A DNA stretch of 64,000 nt from Eledone cirrhosa (taxonomy: Eukaryota). The position numbers and the translations under genes were made by a program. Below, one piece after another: positions 41,742 to 55,236 of the stretch. The notes under the pieces are model-generated. The model was not told where the DNA came from. It worked only from the letters and a program-made list of their open reading frames with translations, and ran no database searches. The stretch spans positions 110,794,001-110,858,000 of the forward strand of contig OZ024745.1 of NCBI GenBank assembly GCA_964016885.1. Reading direction: 5' to 3'. Numbering within the stretch: the first letter of the stretch is position 1; the number at the start of each line of letters is the position of its first letter.

Positions 41742-43414
41742 ACTTTACTTTCAACACAGTCTCTTGCCAAACAAATACAACTACTAAATAAAAACTGTGA
41801 TATGGTGTATCAGGTTTGATATTATTTACTTTCTTTTGAATGGCTTAACAAATCATTGAAACCTAATTTATTGAAGAGAGAATTTATGATAAAAATATAT
41901 TCTTTATTTTATTGATAATAAAAATAGAAAATAATAATAGCATAGGTCATAATGGTGATGATTTCTTACATTGTATGGGAAGAGATAATTGATTAAATCA
42001 ATGTAGTATATTACTGGTACATAGTTTATTGAACCCAAGGAGGATAAATTGCAATATTGACCCGGACAGACTAATCACTTCCTCGATGTTATTACTGTAA
42101 AATATGTTTAGCTTGTTGTATGTAAGAAACACAACATTATATTAGCTAAAATCACTTACATTATGTTATATTGTTGAAAAAGATGCTTTGTTTTGGTATA
42201 TGCCATAAATAATGTTTAGTGAAACTATATAACATCTATGAATCTAGTGAAAAAAAAAGTTTGCAAAAATATGTTGTTTTTCTTCTTCCCATGCCGGTCA
42301 TTTCACAACAGCTGTCATTTTTGTTTCTACCTTTTTTTTTCTGAAATATAATGTTATTATTAATACTTTATTATTCTTTTATACACTGTACAATGTGAAA
42401 TTACATTTGTAAGACAGTCAGGAGAAATATATCTAATCTAAGGAAGTATATAAATTACTGAAAGGTTAATTTGGAAATATTTTCAATTCAACATTTTAGA
42501 TTCTGATGCTGGGCATTGTATAGCATTAGTGTTATTATTAGTTCTATATATAGCAAGATTTCTCTTAATATTTTTCTGCTTGTTGAAAAAGATTTCGATT
42601 TTTCTTTGTTTTGTTATTTATATAAGAGGAAATTTTTATGTTATAATTTGAACGTTATCCCATTGAATCTTCTTCCATGCTTCTTTTGTTGTCATGTTGC
42701 ATTTGATGAAAGCCAGATGAAAGTAATTCTGGCACATAATTGATGCAGGCCAAAGTGTGCCTTCATTATGAATTTTTAACCAACCCCTTCTCTCTCTCTC
42801 TTCTTTCTTTGCCAATTATTATTGCAATATATGATATCAAACCACCAAACTGCCCTTGGTTCTATGATACGAAGCTGTTTATTTTAAGTGCATATGTTTA
42901 TCTTAAACCCTTCAATCATAATTGTATGTAAGGTTCCAAACAGCAGCTTAGTAATAACGAAGTTAGTGATATTACTAATCCCTTCAAAATCTGTATTTTC
43001 AAAATTATTTGGAAATCATCACTGTCTTTCATTAGAAATAGGGGTAATAGGGGTTAAATGACAATATTGGTAAAGTTTAGACTTGCATTGTTTCCAGTAA
43101 AAATAAAATATTTTAACAAAATAAACTATGTTCAACAAAGTTACAGGACGTGAAGGAGCATAACATAAAGACAACACCACACACACACACACACACACAC
43201 ACATATCTACGCACATACATGCATGAGTGTGCACACATTATATTAAAAGCATGTCTCTGTTCAAGTTTGATCTTATTTAATTAAGGTTTTTTCTTATTTC
43301 CTTATTAGTTCTTTTTGTTTGGTTTAAAATTTTAGTGTTCTTAAAGCCGTAAGTCTATTAATGTTTTGAAACTTTCATCGTCCCATCTTCATAAAGAAAA
43401 GGAATTCCCTATTT

Positions 43415-43431
43415 ACACACACACGCACGCA

Positions 43432-43503
<72 letters not shown>
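43415..43503. repeat. (CA)n microsatellite
   Basis: Directly visible. Followed by a family D SINE fragment (tgggcttctgcacagtttctatctaccaaattccac). Confidence 0.97.
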
Positions 43504-43505
<2 letters not shown>

Positions 43506-44967
43506 ATGGGCTTCTGCACAGTTTCTATCTACCAAATTCCACTGCCTGCTTTAAATGTTGAACCATGCGTAAAATGTTATTTAGTGACAGTACCAATTCA
43601 TCAACAAGACATAATTTCATGTCACAATGTATAAAATGGTAATGTTTCTTATTTTTAAATGCTTAAGGAGCATTTAAGATATTTCATATCTTTCTGGTTT
43701 TTTCTAGTGTCTTGTAATTCAGGAATCCTTGAAATATGTCCTTTTTTTAGCTGAATACTAATGATTTAAACAGTTCGTGAAAGCAAAAGTATAAGGGAGG
43801 GGGGGGTTAGCAAAAGTATATAATTGATGAATCCTTTAAATACTTGTCTGGAAGTAATTCCTCTTTTTGTTTTACGTTTTCTTAGCATATCTTCTTCACA
43901 TCTCCTCTTTGTATATTCATATCTTGCAAAGACACATGACAGAAACAACATAAGCCAATTGCAAATTTTATTGGTATTCATAGTTTGAATAATAATGTTA
44001 CACATTTTTTTTATACCCTCTTTTTTTCTCAATTGAAAAACGCTTGTAACATTTTTTCTGAGTAATTCATTTTTCTAGAATTGATTAAAAGTGTTCTTTG
44101 TATATACACATACCTCCAAGTAGCGCCGTATGAACAACAATTCAACCAAGTTAGTATTTCTCAAAAGGAAGCTTGCTTAAAAGACACAGGATAAAGACAT
44201 TTTCTATCTTTTTCATATTCTATTAATTTTTTCCTTACACTGTAATTTTTCAGTTTCCTTCAATAAATTCCTTATGGTGTTTTTTCCCTTTAAAACAAAA
44301 TGAAGCATTAGCATTAGCATATTTGTTCACATTCTTGGTTGCAAACATTGCCAGAAACTGAAAGTTTTTCCACTTGCTGAAAAATGTCTCCTGACTTGAC
44401 AAGAATGAGATTTCAGCTTTTGTTACAAGACTAACAGACACACACACACCTGTATATGTGTATGTTTTCATGTGCGTGTATATATATATATATATGTGTG
44501 TGTATGTGTATTTGATAACGATATATATAATGAATGTATATTTATATATATGAGTATATTTATATATATATATATATATATACACATAGTGAGAGAAAGA
44601 GACATACATATACACATACATTATACATACATTCATGCATTACTCAAGAAGAACAGAAAAATTTGTTCACTTATGATTTCGTAAGAATTAATTTCATTAA
44701 CAGCTGGAAGTAACTGTTTGTTGATTAATTCATTTTGAACAATAGATGAACTACTATGAGGAAATAGAACTTGCAGATGACCTACAAAATAAAAAGAAAT
44801 TTGAAGTTGTGGACTTATTTTGTTTTTTCTTGTAAAACAAAACTAATCATCGGATTATAGTTACAATATATATTTTTAAATATTATATTAATATTTATTT
44901 GTGTTTATATATTCATGTGTGATTGCTGAAGTTTTTATTTCACTGTGTGTGTGTATTTTAGATTGTC

Positions 44968-45285
44968 AAGGCATGTGGCTTAGTAGTTAGGGTATTTGAT
45001 TCACAATCTTAAAGTAATGAGTTTGATTCCTGGTCGAGCAATGTATGCTTGAGCAGGACACTTTATTTCAAATTGCTCCTGTCCACTCAGCTGGCAAAAA
45101 GGTGTTGTAACTGTGATTCAAAGGACAAGCTTTGTTATATCTTATGTCACGTGGAATCTCCCCGAGAACCACACAAGGGCCACATGTTTTTGGAATGCTT
45201 AGCTTCTTGCACATTAATTTCATGAGCAGACTGTTCCATTGAATCAATGAACTGGAACACTTGTGATTGGAACAGACATGTCCAA
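44968..45285 (+). mobile_element. tRNA-derived SINE family B, near full length
   Basis: Box A tggcttagtag and box B gagtttgattcc. The body is collinear with 49099-49398. Confidence 0.85.
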
Positions 45286-45529
45286 CACAAAACAAACACA
45301 CACACACATTTTAAATGTCTTATTGATGGGTTCCCTTAACAGTTTGTTATGTATATTTCTTTGGACCCATAACTCTTGATGGAATCATAGGGGCACCATT
45401 GTGACATACAGCATGTCTTATGCATTTTAAACCTGGCAGAGTTCATCTTCTCTCCAGGTCTGAACACAGCCAATTTCTTCTAGAGAAGGAAAGAGAGGGT
45501 GATAGAGAGGAAGTGAGGAAGGGATATAG

Positions 45530-45690
45530 AGGAAGAATCAACCCCTGTACTGGACTGCTACTTTATTTATCAACTTCGAAAGTATGAAAAGTTGACCATA
45601 GCAAGATTTAAACTCACAGCATAGAGAGCTGGAATTAATACCACACACCATTCTATTTGATATTCTAATAACTCTGCCAATTTGTTGTTT
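45530..45690 (-). mobile_element. Degenerate family A SINE
   Basis: aatcaacccctgtac...ctactttatttatcaacttcgaaagtatgaaaag...atttaaactca...actctgcca. Confidence 0.55.
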
Positions 45691-47402
45691 AACAGTTTGC
45701 TATATTTATATGATTAAGTTTGTAATTATAGTATTCTCATTGGGTTTCATTATCTTCATTAGCAGCATCATGTAGTGTTTCCATACTGATATGGGTTACA
45801 TGCTGTTGTGTTTCGCAGCTTTTATTGATTGATACCCTTCCTAGAATTACATTATTTCCTTCTGTTTCTCCATATAGTATCTCAATTTTAATTTGAAGTA
45901 GTGAAACCCTCTAGATGGGCTAGCTACACCTATGCAATCATTTTTTTATGAGAGAATAAAAGAGACCTCAATTGAATAAGTTTATAGAAAGTTCACGTGT
46001 GTGTATGTGCAGAGATATGTAAATACTTGTTATCACTACAGTACTCATGCCTGTATGTTGAACACATAGTCATTATCTTGTATCTTAATCCCTTTACCTT
46101 CTTCTCTCTACTGTTTTTACACATGTGTCCTTATGCTTGGATGTGTATATATACATATTAACCTCCCACTCCATTGCTCTGGCCATTAACCTTCTTTGGC
46201 CTACTGTACTTTCTGATTGACTCCTCAGCCATTTTTCTTATGCTCTTCAATTTTACTTACAGCCTTGTTTTCCAAAATGTTTGAATCTATCTCTTCTCCT
46301 GACATAGAAATCTATTTAATTTTTAACCATTTCGGCTGATTGGTTAAGCCGATAAACAGAAAGTTTAAATTGACAATTTCCTCCATATTCTAAAACTAGA
46401 ATTTCTCTGAGCATGATAATCTAAAGACATAATCATTCAAATTTAGTAAATATACATCTTAATAAATATCAGCCATAATTTTAGCTATAAATTTTATCTG
46501 ATATTTATTGTTCACCTCTCTTAATATGTTCTTCCAAGTACTATATATGACAATCTAGTTAGTGTTGTTTAATTCCTTCTGTCATGAATGTACATTAATA
46601 AGTTCCTATGTGTAATCTTCCTTGCATAATTTTCTTCTCAATACTCAAAACAATCAGACCTATGATTTCTTCTTTGCTCAACAATTTACTGCCACTTTTA
46701 TACATCTATCTTACTATAAGTAATTAATTATACAATCAGTGTAACATTTATTTCTCTGTATTATAAAGTAATATGTCAACACAACTTTCAGTATATTTTC
46801 CTTTATATGTTTGTTGATATGCCAAACTTCTGTTGTTAATCATGTAAAAGTCTATACATTCACACACACATTCGTCATTATTAGAAAATAAACTTTATTT
46901 TAGCTGTCTATTTTATATCATCTCTTAATCACAATATTTTCAGCAACTTCACTATAAATCCTACTTCATCTATTTCTGTATTTCTCTTAAATATGAAGTT
47001 CACTCTATCCTGAATTAAGTTCATTTTATCCAGAATATAAGAATGTTCAAGTTAGAACTTACATATATATTTAAAATAATTACTATATTTCAAGTATTAA
47101 AATTTAGATTTTTATTTACAGTACTTTATCTGTTATTTTTTTATCTAGTTTCAAATACTATTAATTTTGTTGATATCATCTTAATAGCGCTGATTTTTTT
47201 TAAGCTTTTTTTGACATTTGAATACATTTTCAAAAATATGCTTGAAAATACTATTGTATCAATAATTTCTTATAGTCTTAATTTTCAACATAAATTCAAA
47301 TGAATATATTAGAAACCAAATAGAAGGGAGCAGAAATGCAATAGAATTGTTATAAATAATATTGTAATTTTAAAAAAAATGATATTATATATTAGATCTT
47401 TT

Positions 47403-47462
47403 AATAATAATAATAATAATAATGAAAATTATTGTTACAGGGCTCAGATGCACTACAACTTT
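47403..47462 (-). mobile_element. Extreme 3' end of the CR1-like LINE family
   Basis: Reverse complement agttgtagtgcatctgagccctgtaacaataattttc(att)n matches the tail at 62919-62973. Confidence 0.8.
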
Positions 47463-48337
47463 TGTGTATAACTTTCTCTTCTATTTACCAAAATCTATGT
47501 AAGAAGATTTGTATTTCACTTGACTTGTTCGTACAATTAAAATTAATTCAAGAAAGATAGGTTGAAGAATTGCTGCATATATTGGAAACTATGTTATTTT
47601 AATGTAATGAAAAAGACGAATTAGCCATTGAACTAACATTAGATTATTTATCATATATCATAGAAGCTCCACAATTAAATCTTTAATAACTGCTTTTTTT
47701 ATGATAATCCTGTATCAGTATTTTTACAGTATAGGTGAATCTACTTAGCGTGATGAAGATTATTTAAGAGATTATCTGTTGTTCTACATAGGGGATTAAA
47801 ACTCATCAGTATTTCTGTATGACAACAAATTAGGCAAAAAGTAATAGAGTAGCTCGTTTGCACTTAAATGGATTCTATTATTCAACTAGCCCAAGAATGT
47901 TTTAACTAATTATCTAGTTTTTCTGTTAATCCTCTTCTTTCAATTTTATCAATGCAAAATACTTGAAAAATGATTTACTTTCAGAAAGCTATATTTTGTG
48001 AGTGAATTCAGTCAGTATTCTAGAGAAATCTATTTATAATTGCAAATAAATACCTTATTTACTTAATCTACAGAGGCATAATAAATCCACTGTAAATTTG
48101 TCATAAGATTTTGTCTGCAGGACATATCCATCCATAGACAAGATTAGCTGAATTTAGATACTTGTTTGGTTTATTAAACAAGAAAGGGGACAATGTAAAT
48201 ATTATTATTGTTGTTGTTGTCGTTGTTGTTTGCTATTGATGATTTTATTGATGTTATCATTTTTAAATCTGTTGTACATACCTGTGTTTTGGTAATGTCA
48301 ACTATTATGATAAACTACTAATAGATTAGTTGGCAAT

Positions 48338-48605
48338 TTAACCCTTTTGGTACCACTTCACCTGAAACTGCCTTTGGTTTATGATACCAAACTGTAAATT
48401 TTAAAAAGTGTCTATCATCATCATCACCACTTTTCCATGCTTGCATGGGTCAGACGGTTTGTCTGCGTCGAGAGATAAGTCTGGCCAGGATTGGCCACAA
48501 CATACTTTGCTCTGACAGGACTGTAAATTTGGTTGGGGTTTTTACAGCTGGATGCCCTTCAATAACACCAACCACATTTAAAAACATTCCATCAGGATTT
48601 TATGT
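48338..48605 (-). mobile_element. MITE family A end followed by a family C SINE
   Basis: TTAAcccttttggtacc...tgaaactgcc, then catcatc...ttttccatgcttgcatgggtcagacggtttg...tacagctggatgcccttc. Confidence 0.7.
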
Positions 48606-49098
48606 AAAAACTGTTGTTATGTTATGTTCCAAATAACAGCTTTATAATGAGAAAGTTAGTTATATTCCAAATACTTTTTTATGTCTGAAATTATTTTTAA
48701 ATCACAAGCAGTGTCTTTCATTAGAAAGATTTTTGCAAATGAAAGTAATGTGGTTTTTTTTTTAAATTTATTATTATGAAATCAAAAAAAATTACTGGGG
48801 TTGACTAAATCACTTTATGGTGTAGCCCCAGCATGACCACAGTCTAATGACTGAAACTAGCAAAAGAATATAGCTTATATGTTATTCTAAAACTATCAAT
48901 GTCATTTTATTATTGTTTATCAATTTCTTCCACTGATTCTTTTAAACATTGTTATGCCCCATAGTCATATCAGTTTGTTTATATAACATATATTAAGCAG
49001 AAGCAGCTCACAGACTAATATAAAAATAAGAAATACTCCTTCAGTTATGAGCAGCTATGTAGGGATAGTAACACTGGATTAGAAAAGCTATTATATGT

Positions 49099-49398
49099 GA
49101 AGGTGCGTGGCTTTGTGGTTAAAGTATTCGGCTCACAACCTTAAGGTTGTGAGTTCAATTCCCAGTGGTGTGTTGTCTTTGAGCAAAACACTTTATTTCA
49201 CATTGCTCCAGTTACTAAGATGTACCTGTAATTCTAAGGGCCAGCCTTGTTGCGTTTGGTGTCACACTGAATCTCCCAGAGAACTGCATTATGGTTATGC
49301 ATGTCTGTGGAATGCTCAGCCATTTGCACGTTAATTTCATGAGCAGGCTGTTCCATTGATCTGTTGGAATACTCGTCATCGTAACCCACGGAGTGCCA
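49099..49398 (+). mobile_element. tRNA-derived SINE family B, full length
   Basis: Box A tggctttgtgg, box B gagttcaattcc, ttgagcaaaacactttatttcac. Ends cggagtgcca. Confidence 0.88.
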
Positions 49399-49617
49399 GT
49401 CGTAGTCACATGTGAAAATCCACGGTACAAATGTAGTCTTAAACAGTGGAAAATATGGTGTTTAGCACAAGTTTGGTTGCAATAACTGCCGAAAGACAAC
49501 TTGCCTGTCAAATCATTTCAGTGATTCTATTCAGGATTTTCTCTCTCAGCATGTGTGTGCGTGTGCGTGATATTAAAGACACAGCTACTTCCAGTTTCAT
49601 TATTATTAAGTATTTTT

Positions 49618-49746
49618 CCTACCGAGGTTAGCTTTGCCCTTCATCCTTACGGGGTCGATAAAATAAAGCACCAGTAATACACTGGGGTCGATTTAATCGA
49701 CTTTCCCATCTGCCCAAATTACTAGTCTTGTGCCTGTAGTAGAAAC
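49618..49746 (+). mobile_element. 5'-truncated family A SINE with 20-bp TSD
   Basis: ttcatccttacggggtcgataaaataaagcaccag body. cattattattaagtattttt occurs at 49598-49617 and 49747-49766. Confidence 0.88.
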
Positions 49747-51427
49747 CATTATTATTAAGTATTTTTTTATATTTTGTTATTAATTTTTGTTTTGTTTGGC
49801 TTGGAACAATAGAGTTCCTAAATCCATAAATCTATTAAAGTTTTGAGACCTCCGGAAAACAATGAGAGATACATGTCACTGTTAATAAGCAACAGAAGTA
49901 TATATAATTTAAGAGTATTTCATTGAGTTTTAGAGATGGTTTCATGTCTTACAATAGATACAGTAGCTTAGAAGAGCTTAGCCACTCTTTGATATATGTG
50001 TCTAGTTAGGAAAAGTCAAGTACTTCGCTGTATTTATAACACATGTCTGAAATAAATATTGATGAAAAATATATGTATATGTCAATATTTGTGATTAAAT
50101 ATGTATGTGCATATGAATGTGTTCATACTTGTGTGTGTGTGTGCATGTGTTCATACTTGTATGCATATATGTGTTTATAAGTATTGTATTAATGGATGTG
50201 GATGCATTTTATAAAGCCAGACTAAAAAGATTTCTCAAAGGTAAAAATAACAAGGATATCAATATCATAGTGAAAGAAAGATGCAATGATAAACTTAATA
50301 ATATGTGACTCTCTAAATGTGAATGAATTTACTATGTAATCTTGTGAACAGCTGTGAAGAAGCAGCAACCCCATACATTACCTGTGAGTCAAATAAACTT
50401 TAATCTGATCAATTAGAGTGAAAAAAAAAAAAATGGGCATGGCACGATATGCATTCTACCTAACACATACTGATATTTAATTAAGGATGAAAGTGATAAA
50501 GGTATGAGGAAGGTTCACATCTGGACTATGGGTTTGGAAGATGGTTAATGTCTCTTTAGGAACCAGCAGTTTCTTCAACAGTAGCAGATGGTTATATTAA
50601 GAGGGAAACAACATTATAATTGACTTACTACAAGTCATTGAATATTGTTGTGCCAGAAGAGTATAGATGGAAAATATGAGATAAATAACACGCTTTAAAG
50701 GAAGAGAAAAATAATGAGTTTAGAGATCTATATTTATTTGTGTATGCAAAAGGAGGTAAACTAGGTTTCTAACTTGAAGAGAAAGTTTTGTATAGGAAGA
50801 TAAGCAATATGTTTTAAATTGTGTGAGAGTATCTCAGGGCAAAAGATGATGTCACTGGAGAAAAGCATTTCTGATATGATGAAAGTATGCTTAACAACAG
50901 AGCCAATGGATTTGTCATTATGAGGATGTTGCTGAATAGAATATAAAAATAGAATAGGGAATGTCTCGTCCCTATGGAGCCAACAGGAGACAGTGAGTAA
51001 AGCAATTAAAAACTTGAGGATATTTGAGTTGTATGGGATGTAATTTGAGTTTATGCTATGCTCTGAAATTATATATCCTATATTTCTGGAGGATAAATTA
51101 CTTGCAGGAGAAGTACTTTGTAAAGGACAAACAACTTTATATGGCATTTGTCAAATTACAATAGGTATTTGCAGGTCTTTAACAAAGTGCTCTTCTCTGT
51201 TGTTTGGTGAATAGTGAGAAATCTTGATGTGGAATAAATAATATGAAAAAGTTCTTCAAATGAGGCAGAATGGATTACAATATTTTTATAACTTTGTATA
51301 AAGAAATTCAAAAGATTAACTGATATAAGTATGCCTGAACATCTATATGAATGTGTATATATAGTATGAACATAAATAAGAATCTTCTCTGGTCATTCAT
51401 ATCACACATAACCTTACCTGTTTAATA

Positions 51428-51460
<33 letters not shown>

Positions 51461-51944
51461 CATTTTACCTCTGTTTTTCGATGCCTGCAGTACATTCATG
51501 ACATCAGCAATGTACGAGGCCCAGATGCAGTTTCAGCCCTTTTAAACAATCAAATGTCTTGCTACATAGTGGCAACGAAATAGCCACCAGGAAGAAGTAT
51601 GACATAGCTCTAACACATACGTGTGTGTGTGTGTGTGTGAAATCAATGGTTCTAATTGAATACGAATATGGTCTATGATGACCAGGCTAACCCTTGCTAC
51701 CAGGGAAAGTAGATGTTACATCATGATGATCATCATAATATAAACATACACTCACATGTAAGGCATACATGTGTGTATGTGCAATTCAGTGCAAAGCAAG
51801 CAGACTTAAAGTTCTCTCTGAATAAATCATTTATAAGAAAATGGTTCCTCCCAACTCAAAATCTTGTCATTCCTTACTTTGATTTAGCTGGCAGGAGACC
51901 AAGTTTTAAAATAGTACTGCACATCTGCATACAGTTGTCATCTT

Positions 51945-52390
51945 CTTCTTTGCCCACTTATTCCTGAGTGGGTTGGCGGGGAAGAACTCTCAAACACTCC
52001 TTCCAGCAAGTCCTGTCAGAAGCAACCATCTCCAATTGATCTAGCTGGATCCCCAACCGAGCTCATGGATGTTATCCAACCATCTTACTTGGGGTCTGCA
52101 CCTGAGTCTCCTTCCTGTTGATTTTGCCTGTAAAATCTGTCCAGCAATTTTTTACTGAGACATTCTAACCACGTGTCAGTAGTATCAGAGCTGTGATCTC
52201 TCAATTTGGAGAAGAAGCAGCTCTACCTGGAATGACACTCTCACCTCCGAGTTATAGACTCTATCGAGTAACATTACTCCAAAGACCCTTTGGAGGAACC
52301 CCCATTTCAGCCGCTTGTATTTAAATTCGTATTCTTTCAGTCATTACCCAATATTCATGACCATAGGTAAGAGTTGGCATGAATACTGAA
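51945..52390 (-). mobile_element. RTE-clade (Rex3/Expander-like) LINE, degenerate ORF C-terminus
   Basis: The minus strand gives SVFMPTLTYGHEYWVMTERIRI*IQAAEMG/FLQRVFGVMLLDRV...LLLQIERSQL...HVVRM...TGRR..RPQVRWLDNI, with stops and frameshifts. This is a typical RTE post-RT region. Confidence 0.88.
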
Positions 52391-52798
52391 CTGTTGTCCC
52401 TTTATATAATTCAGCAAGAGATTAATACAAATTTCTTTCCTTGTAAACAATTTGTTTCATTTGTGAGTTCAGTATGCACCACACAATGAGGCCTTCTTAC
52501 AGAGCACTTTCATTGTGGTTGGGTATCAGTCAGCTATATTCACAAAGCTCTTCATGTTTTGTGTTTGTCTGTTGAACATTTAATTCTATTGTTTGCAATA
52601 GATTTCAACCTATTCATTATCATTATCATCATCAATGTATTTGTATATATTTATGTGTGTTTGTATATAGTCTATATATGTATGTATATAAACATGTATA
52701 CATTTATGGCCACTTATGCATACATCTATATAGACATACATATATATAAGAAAATATATGCTTGTGTGTATATATGTATATATATACAGGTTTGTGGG

Positions 52799-52840
<42 letters not shown>

Positions 52841-53754
52841 GAGCACATAGGTATATACATATATGAAGGTACATATGCATAACACATACATACGCACAGA
52901 TACTGCGGTATATATAAATGAAAAACAGGTATAAATGATGATGACATATATATGTATGTGAGTGTGTGTTTATGTTTGTGTTTGTGTTTGTGTGTGTGCC
53001 TGCGTGTATGCCTGCGTGTATGAATAACTCTGCTTATCCATATATATATACGTTTGTGTTATGATAGGTAAATATGCAAGTGTTTTTGTGTAAATGTACT
53101 TACATGTTTTTTACTTAAATACAAACATGTATGTATATATGTATGTATTTCTTTGCTTATATAACCAACAGATTTGTTGTTGCTGTTGTTGTTGTTGTTG
53201 TTTATCATACTCTACCTAGGACGCTGTGGACAGCAGCACAAAGAAATTTTAATTTCTTTCAGTTAACCCCACCCTTCATTTTTATATGGTAAGTTGCCAG
53301 ATATCATACTTCATACATTCTCATCATATTTTAGCTTCTTGTCCAAATTAGGGAATGAGCTAGCTGATGACAGTTGTAAGCCCTTTCCTCATATGATGTC
53401 TGCTATACTTTCTCATTCCAACTCCATTCTTACTATTGCCTGCGTGGAATACTCCGGAGCTAAAATTAATTGCATTTGACTTGTTCTCCCTGTGTGTGTG
53501 TATGTGTGTTTGTTTTATTTTTGTACTACCGTTAACGTGATTATTATCATATTATCATCATCATGCTTCTTATAATAATAATAATTATCATTATTATTAT
53601 TTATTATCATTATCAAATCTTTATAATTTTTATGTACTTTTTTTATAGTACAGTTTTCTTTTTAGAGTAAGAAGGTCATTGTGTTTAGTTATTGAACCTT
53701 TGCAACATTTAAGGATTAGAAGATGAATTATTTATATTTCTCAGACTTATTTAA

Positions 53755-53929
53755 TATACATATGTATATATGCATATATATATATGCATATATATATATA
53801 TATATGTATATATATGTAAATGTATATATGTATATATGTATATATATATGTATATATATGTATATATATATATGTATGTGTAGTGTATATATGTGTATAT
53901 ATATATATGTATATGTGTATATGTGTGTC

Positions 53930-53965
<36 letters not shown>

Positions 53966-54025
53966 CAAGAAGAAAAAAAATTATGATGCTAGAATATGTT
54001 TTTGTTTTGATAGTCACTTGGATAG

Positions 54026-54095
<70 letters not shown>

Positions 54096-54105
54096 ATATA
54101 TATTC
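53755..54105. repeat. Complex (TA/TG)n microsatellites
   Basis: Directly visible. Similar tracts at 52650-52870 and 54445-54690. Confidence 0.95.
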
Positions 54106-54483
54106 ATTTTTTTGCTTCTGTCTCCATGCCACACATCTTTCTCCTTCACACATGCCCACACATACACATATATTCATATATTATTTTATTTTATATAGAC
54201 ATAATGATTTAGGTTTGTAAGGTATGGGGGAAGGGTAACTTATGATACTTATGATGCTTATGACTTTACCAATAGCATTGGCAACGGAAATTAAAACTAA
54301 TCCTTGAATTCAGTCCACAGAGAATGTATACCTGTATTACAGTGCCAGCAGTTGTATAAAATCCATCTCTGCTACCTACCGACATTCATCCTCTCTCTTC
54401 TCTTCCCCCCCCCCCCCTCCACCTCTCTCTTTGTAGATATTTATGTATGTATGTGTACATATATACATATAGATATGTATACA

Positions 54484-54523
<40 letters not shown>

Positions 54524-54585
54524 TGTGTGTGTTTATACTTATTTCACTCCATGAGCTACTGCCATGCTGGTGCATTGCCTTCATA

Positions 54586-54640
<55 letters not shown>

Positions 54641-54907
54641 GTGTGTGCATGCGCATGTGTGCGTGCATGCATGCACACTGGTGTATGTATGTATCTTATT
54701 TTAGTCTTATTTTAAAAAATTTCTCACTAATAAAGAAAGTCAGTTTCTAACACAAAAACAAGACTCTTTCATTAGAATTTAGACCTCGTCTATGTAATTA
54801 TGTATGTCTGTCTGCATGTGTGTATATATGCAGGTATGGATGTCATTGTATGTATAGATCTGTAATGTGTTTATATCTTTACGTGTGTATATGTAATTAT
54901 TACTTGC

Positions 54908-55236
54908 TAAATTTCTGGAATGTTTTACATATTTTTCCATATCCATTAATGGACTGTACTTCTAATTTCCTAATTAGACATGCTTTTTGTGCCTCTGTGA
55001 AGCCCAGCTTCTCCAAATTTGCACTGACATAACATATCCAAGAACTCCAATGATCACAGGTACATATCTAAAGACATAGTCTGGGTGGAGTATCCTTAGT
55101 TGAGCATAAATGTCCTCCTTTTCATTAAACTTCAACACTATATTAACATTTGCTGGGCAGCTGATTTCCACTACTGTGCATACCTTTTATTGCTCCGTCC
55201 TATGTCATTATGTCTGGTCTGTTATGTTTACATTTT
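54908..55236 (-). mobile_element. R4/Dong-type non-LTR retrotransposon fragment, restriction-like endonuclease domain
   Basis: The minus strand gives KCKHNRPDI...VEISCPANVNIVLKFNEKEDIYAQL...YVPVIIGVLGYV...KICKTFQKF. This fits the PD-(D/E)xK REL domain pattern, disrupted by stops and frameshifts. Confidence 0.78.

Noticed and set aside
46324-46352. Hairpin tcggct...agccga next to tttc, resembling hammerhead stem II plus GAAA
   Set aside because: No stem III, cleavage triplet or family tail, and too short to support.
50330-51380. Possible very degenerate non-LTR remnants (REL-like on +, L1/Tx1-like RT on -, including ORF 50761-51147)
   Set aside because: The motifs are too decayed to assign by eye and need a profile search. 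The same applies to 11750-12405 and 57100-57410.
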